Shown: positions 28,724-38,454 of the stretch, one piece after another
Layout of the letters: every line of letters starts with the position of its first letter
How positions within the stretch are numbered: the stretch's first letter is position 1
NCBI GenBank assembly: GCA_963765765.1
Contig: CAVXYC010000002.1
Span: 1-64,000 of the forward strand
From: an uncultured Chloroflexia bacterium
GTDB lineage: Bacteria; Chloroflexota; UBA6077; JACCZL01
Direction: 5' to 3'
Length of the DNA: 64,000 bases
Translations under genes and position numbers: made by a program
The notes under the pieces: generated by a model
Databases searched by the model: none
What the model was told of the DNA's origin: nothing
Seen by the model: the letters and a program-made list of their open reading frames with translations, nothing else

Positions 28724-29074
28724 GTGACCTTCGCTGACAAGACCTTGACCTGCCGCGATTGCGGCGCCGCATTCTTATTTACCAACTCAGAGCAGCAATT
28801 CTTCGCCGATAAGGGTTTCACGAACGAGCCTTCGCGGTGTACTGATTGTCGCGCCTCGCGAAAAGCGAATCGCGGCTACGATGACTACTCGAGCGGCAGC
28901 TCACGCGGTGGTGGCTACGTATCGGAACGACAGATGTTCAGCGCCACATGCTCGAGCTGCGGAAAGGAAGCCCAGGTGCCATTTCAACCCCGGGGCGACA
29001 AACCCGTGTATTGCTCGGACTGTTTCCGAACGCAGCGCGGCGGGAGTGACCGACGTTCCAGTCGGTCATATTAG
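28724..29074 (+). CDS. Zinc-ribbon / CxxC-x17-CxxC domain protein, copy 2
   Basis: Same as copy 1 with two amino-acid changes. Confidence 0.92.
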   Translation: MTFADKTLTCRDCGAAFLFTNSEQQFFADKGFTNEPSRCTDCRASRKANRGYDDYSSGSSRGGGYVSERQMFSATCSSCGKEAQVPFQPRGDKPVYCSDCFRTQRGGSDRRSSRSY

Positions 29075-29079
29075 ATATC

Positions 29080-29369
29080 GTGCCAAAGCCAAGACGACGT
29101 ACCTACAGGAAATTCCGCCCGAACCAGACACGGACGACGGCGGGCGCGAGCAGCAGGAGATTGAGCGGGAAGCGCGGGCACTGGTATCAGCCATGAGCGC
29201 CGATGGACTAAAGTCAGAGCTCGCCAATCGCGAAGTCCGCATGATGGAAGCCGACCAGGCGGCGCAGTTCGATCCGAATCCCGTGCGTCTGGCGCAATTA
29301 AGGCGAGCGCAGCTGGAGTTTAAAGCGGCTCAAGTCGCTGCGCGAATGGAACGGGACGTCGCCCAATAG
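29080..29369 (+). CDS. Hypothetical helical protein, copy 2 (1-nt deletion near 29126)
   Basis: Near-identical to 26866-27156. Confidence 0.6.
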
Positions 29370-29385
29370 GGTGAGGTTGGAGTTG

Positions 29386-29453
29386 GTGGGACAGGCGTAT
29401 TTGCCTGTCCCGGCCGACATCCACACCTGGACAGTCGGATACGCCTGTCCCAC
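29386..29453. repeat. REP-like doublet, family B
   Basis: Duplicate of 27173-27239. Confidence 0.8.
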
Positions 29454-29510
29454 AATCGGTGCCGGGACCGAGGGTCAGCATTAGCTCATCCTGACAATCT
29501 TTAGCCCGTA

Positions 29511-30778
29511 ATGCTGCACCCGTCCAACGTGCACCTTCCCTGGCAGGCACGACTCCCATTCTTTTACGGATGGGTGATCGTCGGTGCCTCAATGGTCTTT
29601 AGCTTCATGGGCCCGGGCTTTTCTGGGGCGCCAGTGTCTTCGTGACCCCTATGCAGGACGACTTGGGCTGGAGCCGAACGGCCATTTATCTGGCCTTTTC
29701 GGTCCGTGGGCTCACCGGGATTGTTCTCTCGCCCCTCATCGGTCCAGCAGCGGATCGCCAGGGCGGCGCGAGAACGATGGCCATTGTCTCTGGGCTACTG
29801 GCCAGCATGGCACTGATCTTCCTCACGGGCGTCACGGAGGAGTGGCAATTCATTCTCCTCTTCGGAGTGATCGGTGGGATTGGCAACTGGGGCCAGGCGT
29901 TCCCCACAAATAATGCGCTCGTGCCGAAATGGTTCGTACGCAAGCGCGGGATTGTCATTGGCTGGGCCAGTATGGGCTCGCCCATAGCCGCGATGGGGCT
30001 GGCGCCACTCATGGCACTGGTTATCGACGCTCACGGTTGGCGAGCCGCCTGGACCATTCTCGGCGTCGCTTCATTGCTGCTCACGGTGTTCCCGGCCTTT
30101 CTGCTGATTCGCCAGCCGGAAGACGTCGGATTGCTGCCGGATGGCGAGCAACCCGGAACCCACGCGAGCTCAGGTCGTATGACCCCAATCGAGGAGCCAA
30201 GCGCAACGCCACGCGAGGCGCTGAAGGATCGACTGTTCTGGATCCTCGTCTTCGGCATCTCTATCGGTGGTCTTTCCTATAACGGCCTACCGGCCAGCCT
30301 TGTGCCGATGGCCACAGATCGCGGTTTTACGCGTGATCTCGCCGTCCTGAGCTTCAGCTTCTACGGGCTGTTCTCAATGTTGGGACGGTTCTTCTGGGGC
30401 TATCTAGCCAACCGCTATCACATCCGCAACGTCATCATTGCTATGTGCGTGTATGGGATCGTGGTTACGCCTCTGTTCTCGTTTCTGCCGGGGGCCTTGG
30501 CGCTCACTTACGGCGGGCTGGTTGGGTTTGTGATTGGCGGTTCCGTGGCACTGACGCCGCTGGTCTGGCCCGCGTACTACGGAAGAGCGCACATCGGCGC
30601 GATCAGTGGTTATTCGCGCCCGCTGTCCATTGTCGTTCAGTCCGTGGGGCCCTTGCTGATGGCCTGGTCGTTCGACAAGACGAGCAGCTACGACATCGCG
30701 CTCTGGCTCACGACGATCTCATGGGCGGTCTGCGCGGTCACGATGTGGGCCATACGGCCACGCGGAGTCAAGGCGTAG
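29511..30778 (+). CDS. MFS transporter copy 2, full length (frameshift near 29612)
   Basis: Same motifs as copy 1 with intact C-terminal TM helix. Confidence 0.88.
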
Positions 30779-30788
30779 CACGGAGGCC

Positions 30789-31370
30789 TCACATCCGCGG
30801 TATCTCAGTGATCTTGTCCGCCAGGAGCACCGGCCCTTGTGGCGTGCGCTCAACCTGGTAGCTCACGGCCTTACTGGGGCGCGATGGGCAACACAGTGGA
30901 TCTTCTGTCGCGTATCGGATAAAGACGGCGCCGAGACGGCCGTCTGACTCGATGCGCGCATCGCGAGTGAGCGCACCGTCGGTCCGTGAGAGACTTGGCA
31001 CGGGCGCAAGCGTTCCGGCGAAGACGCCGTCTACGAACACAAAGGCGTGATACGACCATGGTCGGCACATGCCATCGTGGCCACTCAGTCCTGAGACCAT
31101 GGTGATGCCCCAGCCCGCTTCATACGAATTGAAAAGGCTCCAGCCAGCGTTCTCGAGCATGCCGTCCATCGGCGTCTCGGCAGGACGATCTCCGGACATG
31201 CAGCGCGGGTTGAGATCCGGCTCCGTGTCGCTTCGCTGAAGGACGGAATAGCCATTCCTGGCTGGTTCCATTGCTGCACGGGCTCATCCAGCCAGATAGT
31301 CTGCGCATTCGCTGGTGTTGGTGTACCCAGCGACCAATGCGATCGCGACGATGCTCGTAGTGAGCGCTTG
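30789..31370 (-). CDS. LppP/LprE-like secreted protein, frameshifted; 5' end abuts IS701
   Basis: AQTIWLDEPVQQWNQPGMAIP, DGMCRP..Y.AFVFVDGVFAGTLAP...SRTDG, DPLCCPS. Confidence 0.7.
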
Positions 31371-32875
31371 ATAGGTCCGTAGAGTGTGACAGGAATGGGA
31401 CGCGGCGGGGCGGTCGGCGTGGTGGTGCCCGCCGGTACGCTGGGACGGCGATGGAACGCACGTCCATGCCCCCGCTCGCGCCGGGAGTCGCGACCGCCTG
31501 GAAGACTACGCGCGCGGGTTCCGCCCCCACTTCCAGCGAATCGACCAGAGCCTGCATGCCCGCGAGTACCTGCACGGGCTGCTCCTGGACGGCGCGCGCA
31601 AGTCGGTCGAGCCGATGGCGCGCCGCGAGGGGGTGGATGATCAGGCGCTGGAGCAGTTCGTCAATCAGAGCCCCTGGGACCAGGCGGCCGTCCTGCGCGC
31701 CTATCGTCGGCGGATGGCCGACGCTTTCGCCGAGCCCGGCGGCACCATCGTCATCGACGATACCAGCATCCCGAAGACGGGCCGCCACTCGGTCGGCGTC
31801 GCGTCCCAATGGTGCGGACTGCGCCAGAAGCGCACCAATTGCCAGGTGGCGGTCTCCTTGCACTATCGCACCGCCACCGCCGACTACCCCCTGGCGCTGC
31901 GGCTGTACCTGCCGGAGTCGTGGACCCGCGATCCCGATCGGCTCACAACGGTCGGGGTCCCCGAGGACGAGCGGGACCTCCGTCCGAAGTGGCGGATCGC
32001 TCTGGACCTGCTGGATACGGTGCTGGCCGAGGATCTGCCCGCCGGGCTCATCGTGGCGGATGGCGCCTATGGCGAGTGTGGCGCCTTCCGCCAGGGCCTG
32101 GAGGACCGCGGCGTGCGGTACATTGTCGGCCTGATGGGCACCGAGAAGGTGACCACCGCGCCCCCCGTCTGGATCCGCCCGCGGCCCGGCGCGCCCATCC
32201 GCGGGCCCATCTGGACCCAGCCGGGCCCCCGCCGGTGGCGGTGCGCGACCTGGCCGCGACGGTGCGCGCCGAGGCCGTCACCTGGACCACCGTCACCGGC
32301 CCGCGCACCGGTCACTTCGCGGCGGTGCGGGTGTGGCCGATCCCCGGGTACATCAATGGCGTGCCGCTCGCGGATCTCGACCGGGGAACGGTCGGGCAGG
32401 CCTGCTGGCTGCTGGTGCAGTGGCAATCGGACGGGAAAATCGTCTTAGCGCTCTCGAACCTGCCGCCGGCCACGCTGTTGGCGGAGGCCGTGGCCGGGCT
32501 GGAAAGGGCGCTGGGACGTGGAGTGCGGCTATCGGCAGCTCAAGCAGGAGCTGGGCTTCGATCACTTCGAGGGCGCAGCTGGCGCGGCTTCCATCATCAT
32601 GCGGCGCTGACCTTCCTGGCGTACGGGTTTCTGGCCCTGGAACGGGCCCGCCCAGCGGAGCCGCCGCCGGAGGATCCCCGGGGACCACCCCCCGAATCGG
32701 CGGCGGAGCCACCCAGGGCGAGCCAGCGTTGGGGGAAGGGCGCCGCGTCGGCGCAGCCTCGGCAGCATCCGACGCGCCCTCCAAACGCTCCTCCACCCAA
32801 CCCCGCCCGGTCTTCGTCTGTCCCCACTGCCGCCACGCCGTCGGCTTTACCTAACACGACTTAACGGAGTCCTAT
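31371..32875 (+). mobile_element. IS701-family insertion sequence
   Basis: Imperfect terminal IRs ATAGG-TCCGTAGAGT-GTGACAGG versus ATAGGACTCCGTTAAGTCGTGTTAGG (reverse complement of right end); visibly higher GC than flanks. Confidence 0.85.
31451..32864 (+). CDS. IS701-family DDE transposase, several frameshifts
   Basis: YLHGLLLDGARKSVEPMA, FVNQSPWD, IDDTSIPKTGRHSVGVASQWCG, NCQVAVSL, RLYLPESW, ADGAYG, RSWRGFHHH. Confidence 0.92.
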
Positions 32876-33013
32876 TCAGCGCTTTTCCGCGCGAAGAGGA
32901 CTAGCGAGCGCAGCGATGCGGCTCGCAAGTGGGTAAGTTCTTGCACTAGCCTTGCGGGTCCGGACGAAGTGGGGACTCTTGAAAAAGTGCTGAGCGCTCA
33001 GCCCAGAAGCTGA

Positions 33014-34027
33014 TCAAATGAGCTCTTCCGTGATCAGGATCTCCTCGGGAAAGATCTCGTCATAACGCTGCTTCCGCTCGGTGAGACCTTGTTCTACGGA
33101 GATCTGCTGTACGAAGTCGATGCCCGCGGCGTTGGCCTTCACGCCGTATGGGTGCGTATCAGCGCCGAAGATCTCGCGTTGCTCGGCAAGATCGGTGCTG
33201 GAGAACACGAGCAGGCGGGGCTGGATCGAATTCAGCCGCTGCTGGGCGATGCGCTTGGCCTTCTCAAAGGCGTTGAAAAGGCTGATCGCAACCCAGGGGT
33301 GCTCCTGCAGGATGCTATCTCGCACAGCCGTGGTGTGATGCGGTGAGTAGATGCCCGTCTTCTTGAAGTAGCGTATCGCCTCGGCTTTCGGGTCAGTGAA
33401 CAAGAGCGGAAACTCGGGATTCTTGGAGATATCCACGGTGCGCTCTCGATCCACCGCTCCGCCGGCGCCGTAGCCGATCGTCGCGTCGATCTCCCCATTC
33501 ATATACATCTCGTCGAAGCCCTTGGTGGCGTAATGGAACTCGAGGCCAGGGGCGGGCTTGAAACCGGTGGCGCCACCGTGGCTGTGCTTCTCGGGCCGCT
33601 CCTGATACCAGATCATGTCTTCCGGCTTGAGACCGAACTCATGCTGCAGAACGCCGCGCGTCCAGAGCGCCGCGGTCTGCTGGTAGTCACCAGTGCCAAT
33701 GCGTTTGCCGCGGAGGTCTTCAGGGTGATCGCGACGGATACCTGATCCCAATCGGATCACCAGCCGCGTGTAGGAGAACTGGCGATTGTGAAACACCGGC
33801 AGGATTCGATAGCCCCAACCCTGCGGCCTCGCGCGTAGGAACGATGAGAACGACATCTCCGACACGTCATATCGGCTGAACTTCAACTGGTCATAGAAGA
33901 CGCCGGGAACGAGACCGGGCATCCCCTGGTACTCGAGCGTGATGCCATCCGGCTTCACTTCGCCGGTGATCAGCGGCATGACGTAGTCGTACTCCGTCAT
34001 CGCAAACGAGAGCTTCAAATCGGACAT
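33014..34027 (-). CDS. 4,5-dihydroxyphthalate decarboxylase-like protein
   Basis: GEVKPDGI.L, YDVSEMSFSSF, DLRGKRIG..YQQTAALWTRG.L, PYGVKAN. Confidence 0.82.
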   Translation of the reverse strand: MSDLKLSFAMTEYDYVMPLITGEVKPDGITLEYQGMPGLVPGVFYDQLKFSRYDVSEMSFSSFLRARPQGWGYRILPVFHNRQFSYTRLVIRLGSGIRRDHPEDLRGKRIGTGDYQQTAALWTRGVLQHEFGLKPEDMIWYQERPEKHSHGGATGFKPAPGLEFHYATKGFDEMYMNGEIDATIGYGAGGAVDRERTVDISKNPEFPLLFTDPKAEAIRYFKKTGIYSPHHTTAVRDSILQEHPWVAISLFNAFEKAKRIAQQRLNSIQPRLLVFSSTDLAEQREIFGADTHPYGVKANAAGIDFVQQISVEQGLTERKQRYDEIFPEEILITEELI

Positions 34028-34054
34028 CGGTGTCCCTCCTTCTCTTCTCCCGGG

Positions 34055-35338
34055 TCAAACAACGAGCGCTTCGGCGTTTTCCTGAAGGAAGCGCTCGAAA
34101 TCAGGCTCATCGCTGATCGCATCGTACGATCGCACTCGGTACATTCCGCCGTCGTACGGCGCCTTGGGAACGATCCCGCGCTCCAGCTCCCGCGCCATCT
34201 GGATAAGGCGGCGGCGGAGTGCAATAATCGCGGTATCGGTGGTGCCGAGATGCTCCTTGGCGCGGTCCACCACCGTGCCCATCGTCTCGGTCATGGCCAG
34301 GTCCTGGTTTTGCGCACCGTGGAGCATGCCCGTGTAATTGCGGGTGCGCTGCATCTCGCGATCCAACCCGTAGTCGTTCTGACGTCCATAGACGGGAATA
34401 CCGGTGTCGATCATTGTCCCGTCAGGGAACTGGAACCTCTCCCAGCTCGTCTGCACGTGTGCGCCCCAGCCACCTCTGGGACTGTTCTGCCCATCGGTAA
34501 TCTGCGCTTCAGGATGACAGAGATAACTGAAGACAGACGTGTGGTGGTCATCCATCGGGATGTAAAGCCGACCGTTGAATGGGTACTGGCGCGAGGCGAT
34601 GATCGAGTTGGACGGCAAGAGCCACTGCGTCAATCGCCAGACGAAGTGGCCGTCGATCGTCTGGTATCGGCCACCGTAGACCATGCCGTACTCAGTCTGT
34701 TTGGCGGCGATTCTCGGCGACTTGTCCTTCATCACGTCCAGGCGACGGGACGCCTGCTGCAGAGCCGGGTCCATGGCACTATGGAGAAACATGCTGTGGG
34801 CGGTGTCGAAGTCCCCCTCCAGGACCTGCAGCCAATTCGAGCAGTTGAGCCATTGGGTTATGCTGCGATGCTCCTCGGCAACCTGAGTCCACTCGAGCTG
34901 CGGAAGCTCTGGCGTGCGGTCGGACGGGCCCATATAGATCCAGATCAGTCCGCCGTGCTCAGCCGACGGGTACGCCGTCACGCGTACCTTGTGCTTGAAG
35001 TTGCTTTCCGGCGGCTCATTGGGCATGTCCACGCATGCGCCCGTGGCATCGAACTTCCAGCCGTGATAGACGCATCGCAGCCCTTCTTCCTCGTTGCGTC
35101 CGAAGAAGAGCGCCGCTCCCCGATGTGGACAGTGCTTCTGAACGAAGCCGACTTTTCCCGTCGAGTCGCGGAAGGCCACGAGGTCCTCACCCAGGATGCG
35201 CAGACGCACCGGCGGGCCGTCTGGCTCGCTGAGCTTGTCCGGCATGAGCGCCGGCAGCCAGAACAGCCGGAAGAGATTCCCCATGGGCGTGCCCGGACCG
35301 ACCTGCGATACGAGCTTGTTGTCTTCGTGCGAGAGCAT
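34055..35338 (-). CDS. Rieske non-heme iron oxygenase, phthalate 4,5-dioxygenase/LigXa-like
   Basis: GGAGG then ATG 35338; VGPGTPMG, CPHRGA...CVYHGW, NWLQVLEGDFDTAHSMFLH, EHLGTTD. Confidence 0.9.
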   Translation of the reverse strand: MLSHEDNKLVSQVGPGTPMGNLFRLFWLPALMPDKLSEPDGPPVRLRILGEDLVAFRDSTGKVGFVQKHCPHRGAALFFGRNEEEGLRCVYHGWKFDATGACVDMPNEPPESNFKHKVRVTAYPSAEHGGLIWIYMGPSDRTPELPQLEWTQVAEEHRSITQWLNCSNWLQVLEGDFDTAHSMFLHSAMDPALQQASRRLDVMKDKSPRIAAKQTEYGMVYGGRYQTIDGHFVWRLTQWLLPSNSIIASRQYPFNGRLYIPMDDHHTSVFSYLCHPEAQITDGQNSPRGGWGAHVQTSWERFQFPDGTMIDTGIPVYGRQNDYGLDREMQRTRNYTGMLHGAQNQDLAMTETMGTVVDRAKEHLGTTDTAIIALRRRLIQMARELERGIVPKAPYDGGMYRVRSYDAISDEPDFERFLQENAEALVV

Positions 35339-35410
35339 GCGTGGTCCTCCAAGTGGAAGCTTCGATGTTTCGCGAATCGCTGTCAAGGACGAGCATCGCC
35401 AGCACGCATC

Positions 35411-35510
35411 CTATCCGCAGATTCACGCAGATTTTCCCAGATAGGCGAATGGTTTAAGCCTTTGAATCAACGTCGCGAACCCCACTCTATCCGTGCAAAT
35501 CTGCGGATAG
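35411..35510. repeat. Inverted repeat built from CGCAGAT-like ~10-mers (family E)
   Basis: CTATCCGCAGATTCACGCAGATTTTCCCAGAT ... ATCCGTGCAAATCTGCGGATAG. Confidence 0.7.
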
Positions 35511-35523
35511 CGAGTCTTTGAGC

Positions 35524-35554
35524 TTGACACTAACGTAACGTCACCTTTTAGGCT
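35524..35554 (+). promoter_or_regulatory. MerR-type promoter/operator with 19-bp spacer (Mta/TipA-like)
   Basis: TTGACA-CTAACGTAACGTCACCTTT-TAGGCT; ACGT-N2-like dyad in spacer. Confidence 0.85.
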
Positions 35555-35574
35555 GACGTGGAAAGGAGGATGCT

Positions 35575-36393
35575 CTGGATCACAGGTACTGGCAGACTGG
35601 TGAGCTGGCGCGGCTCACTGCGGTCTCTATTCGCACCTTGCGCTTTTACGATCAGATGGGCTTGCTCAAGCCGTCCACGCGGTCAGAGGCAGGCTATCGT
35701 CTGTATCAGCAAGGCGACCTCGCGCGGCTTCAGCAGATTCTGGCGCTGAAGTTTCTGGGGTTCAGTTTGACGGAGATCAAAGCGTTTCTCGGCGCGTCGC
35801 CCGTGGAGCTCCACGATGCGCTCGAGCAACAAAGGCACATGCTTCAAGAGCGACGTCGCCAGATCGATGGCGTACTAGAGGCAATTAAGAGAGCTCAGCT
35901 TGCCATGCGATCGAACGGTAAGCCGTGGGACTCCGTCGTAGATGTGATCAGGGCGATTCAAATGAGTCAAAACGAAGACTGGCAATCAAAATACTTCACC
36001 GATGAGCAGCGTCGCGTCATGGAAGACTTGAGCAAAGGCGCCTACACGCCCGAGGCAAAGGCCGCCATGGACACGCGACCCATATGGACAGAAGATGATC
36101 AGAAGCGGGTCGATGCTCAGTACGCCGCGCTCTACGATGGTGTGAAGCAGGCGGTTGCTGGCGGTGAGACTCCAGAAGGACCTCGAGGCCAAGAGCTAGC
36201 CGGTCAAGCCATCGGCTTGATCGAGGCGTTCACCCAGGGCAACCCGGCCATTGCGGCCGGATTGCAAAAGTTCTGGGAAGCGCATCAGCAACTTCCGCGT
36301 GAGCAGCGCCCGGTGCAGATCCCTCTTACAGAGGAGGAAGAAGCATTCTTGAACCGAGCGAAGCAGGTCTTTCAAGAGCGACGCGCGGGTTGA
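35575..36393 (+). CDS. MerR-family regulator with TipAS-like C-terminal domain
   Basis: Frame extends upstream of 35638: YWQTGELARLTAVSIRTLRFYDQMGLLKPSTRSEAGYRLY; AGGAGG RBS at 35564-35569. Confidence 0.9.
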   Translation: MDHRYWQTGELARLTAVSIRTLRFYDQMGLLKPSTRSEAGYRLYQQGDLARLQQILALKFLGFSLTEIKAFLGASPVELHDALEQQRHMLQERRRQIDGVLEAIKRAQLAMRSNGKPWDSVVDVIRAIQMSQNEDWQSKYFTDEQRRVMEDLSKGAYTPEAKAAMDTRPIWTEDDQKRVDAQYAALYDGVKQAVAGGETPEGPRGQELAGQAIGLIEAFTQGNPAIAAGLQKFWEAHQQLPREQRPVQIPLTEEEEAFLNRAKQVFQERRAG

Positions 36394-36408
36394 ACTCCTA
36401 ACTATTGA

Positions 36409-36503
36409 TCCGTAGCTACGGGCTTCCCGCCCGAACGCGTAGCGGGGCTCCTCGAGGAAGATTCCGGCACTGCGCGAACGGGCTGGAAGCCCGTAGCTAC
36501 GGA
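36409..36503. repeat. GTAG-type REP doublet (family F)
   Basis: TCCGTAGCTACGGGCTTCC ... GGAAGCCCGTAGCTACGGA. Confidence 0.8.
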
Positions 36504-36580
36504 ATGCTGAACAGACGAGGCGGCGCTGAGGCCCCACGAGGTGATGGCGGGTACGGAGACCCGCACCACAACCCAGATCG

Positions 36581-36919
36581 CTAATCTTGCAGCGGAATCG
36601 TGGCCACTACGCACGGCTCATTGCCGTATGTGGCTGTGGTGTGGCCTTTGCCCACGGTGTCCTCTACAAGGCGGGCATCTCCCGGGCCGAAAACGCGCTT
36701 GGTTCCGTCCTCGAAGCCGATCTCGAGCTGACCTGAGACGATGATGACGAACTGGCGGCGCGGCGCCGGATGCCAGTCCAGGAACGTGCCGACTGGGTGC
36801 GCTTTGAAATCAATGCTTTTGGCTGCCCGCGGCTGGTTGAACTCCGGGATGTTCACTACGTCGAGCTCTTCGAGACGACAAACCTTATTCTCATCGGCGT
36901 ACATGCGGTAACTGGGCAT
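36581..36919 (-). CDS. Small cupin-domain protein
   Basis: GGAGGA then ATG 36919; DWHPAPRRQFVIIVSGQLEIG..DG...FGPGD..LVEDTVGKGH. Confidence 0.85.
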   Translation of the reverse strand: MPSYRMYADENKVCRLEELDVVNIPEFNQPRAAKSIDFKAHPVGTFLDWHPAPRRQFVIIVSGQLEIGFEDGTKRVFGPGDARLVEDTVGKGHTTATYGNEPCVVATIPLQD

Positions 36920-37027
36920 TCCATATTCCTCCAAATGGTCGATTGAATCTGGCGACGCCCGCAAGCTTACCGTGCAGAGCGCAGAGTGTGAACGGCTGAG
37001 CGACAAGGGAATGCGGATTGAAGCCAT

Positions 37028-37103
37028 GGTGGGACAGGCCCCATGCCTGTCCAGTGAATGGGTAGTCGATCCGCAACTGGACAGGCGAGACGCCTGCCCC
37101 ACC
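37028..37103. repeat. REP-like doublet, family B
   Basis: GGTGGGACAGGC...GGACAGGCGAGACGCCTGCCCCACC. Confidence 0.8.
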
Positions 37104-37179
37104 GAATCACGGGGGCGATTTGCCGATCTTGTCTAGACGGGCTGCTCGGTAAACTCTGGACGGCGGCGAGTTTTCATCT

Positions 37180-37800
37180 TTATTGTTTATCTATCTGCGG
37201 TCGCTCAGCAATATATCGCAAGATCGGATTCGCTGATATATCCCAATTGCGAGATGCATGGCAATAAATACGCACGAATCCAACAAATAGAATATAGCCG
37301 ACTGCGACACCAACTGTATTGAATATCACATCATTGATGTCGGCAACCCGGAAGGTAATTTTCGCCATGAATCCCGTTATCAGCTGCAGGAACTCTATAC
37401 TTATACTAAAGAGCATGCCAATAACAACAACCTTTCCCATGCGAAAGTTCGTAATAAACGGCAGTCCGAAGCCTAAAGGAATGAGAAGCAGAATATTTAA
37501 AAGCGAGGTTTTCATATCTTGATGAGTGAGTGTGATAAGCGGAATGAGATTCATGCTTTCCCCAACCGTTTGACCTTGCAGGATAAGATTGGGCATAAAA
37601 TACTTTAGAAGTAATAGAGACTGAAATTGAAATAGTGTGTAATCCAGAACCTTAAATATGTAGACGTATAATATAGTGAAGAATACCAAATATACGAGAT
37701 TATTCTTCCGCCTCTTCAATCGAAGAAATGAGATAATACCGATCCAAGTCAATCCAAAAAGAAGTACAGTCAATAAATCAAAATACGTTACAAATGCCAC
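37180..37800 (-). CDS. VanZ-family membrane protein, AT-rich
   Basis: NLIPL, LNILLLIPLGF, SISIEFLQ, RVADINDVIFNTVG. Confidence 0.88.
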   Translation of the reverse strand: MAFVTYFDLLTVLLFGLTWIGIISFLRLKRRKNNLVYLVFFTILYVYIFKVLDYTLFQFQSLLLLKYFMPNLILQGQTVGESMNLIPLITLTHQDMKTSLLNILLLIPLGFGLPFITNFRMGKVVVIGMLFSISIEFLQLITGFMAKITFRVADINDVIFNTVGVAVGYILFVGFVRIYCHASRNWDISANPILRYIAERPQIDKQ

Positions 37801-38165
37801 AGACTAACAGTTTCATCCAAATAATTATAGTAAGTCTACTGAACTAGGAGGAGCCGCAGATCCTTCAACTCAAGACCTGCGTCAGGGCCAAACCCAAGGT
37901 TGCTGGTGGAGGCTCCCCAAGCACCGCGACATGGTACCCGGTCTCGAGCAAAAGCCGATACACCGAAAGGTCCATCCGACGATGGCTGAGGATAAGTGTT
38001 GGGCCTGCACATAGGTGCGCCGCGATGAAGCTCACCGTCGAAACGAGCCACTCTCAGATAGGCAGGTGCGGATTGAGATTGTGATCGGTGTCACGTTGGT
38101 CAGATATGTAAGAAATGTCCGGTATGGCCCACATATCCGACATGTATGAGGAAGACATCCAACTT

Positions 38166-38430
38166 CTACATATGCTGATCGGCGATAAGTGGATCCAGAA
38201 ACTCCCGCGGACTAACAAGTTGCACGCCTTTATAGCTGGGCGCTTGTCGCCTGAACCGTTCGGCTCCGGTCACCAGGGATTGAGCCGGGGAAGAGACCGC
38301 AATGGCCAAAACAACATCATCTTCTGGATGGGTAGCCACTTCAGAAACCTGATCGGTGATCTGAGCGAGTTTGGCTCGACGTCGCAGCAAAAACCCGCTC
38401 GACCGTCTCCGAAGGGTCCTTTGTCTGGCC
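38166..38430 (-). pseudogene. C-terminal fragment of PIN-domain toxin (TIGR00305-like)
   Basis: VATHPEDDVVLAIAVS..AQSLVTG.....SYKGVQLVSPREFL; N-terminus absent, VTGD changed to VTGA. Confidence 0.7.
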
Positions 38431-38454
38431 TACCATGGCGAAATTACCAGCCAT

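Larger units (their letters stand above)
28478..30692 (+). repeat. Tandem duplication, copy 2
   Basis: Colinear with 26264-28480; ACG microhomology at junction. Confidence 0.95.

Noticed and set aside
34250-35521. 423-aa plus-strand ORF and other long antisense ORFs
   Set aside because: Shadow of the Rieske gene; expected from high-GC codon bias; no recognisable motifs
37100-37840. vanZ as an integron cassette or glycopeptide-resistance locus
   Set aside because: No attC pattern (RYYYAAC...GTTRRRY), integrase or other van genes seen
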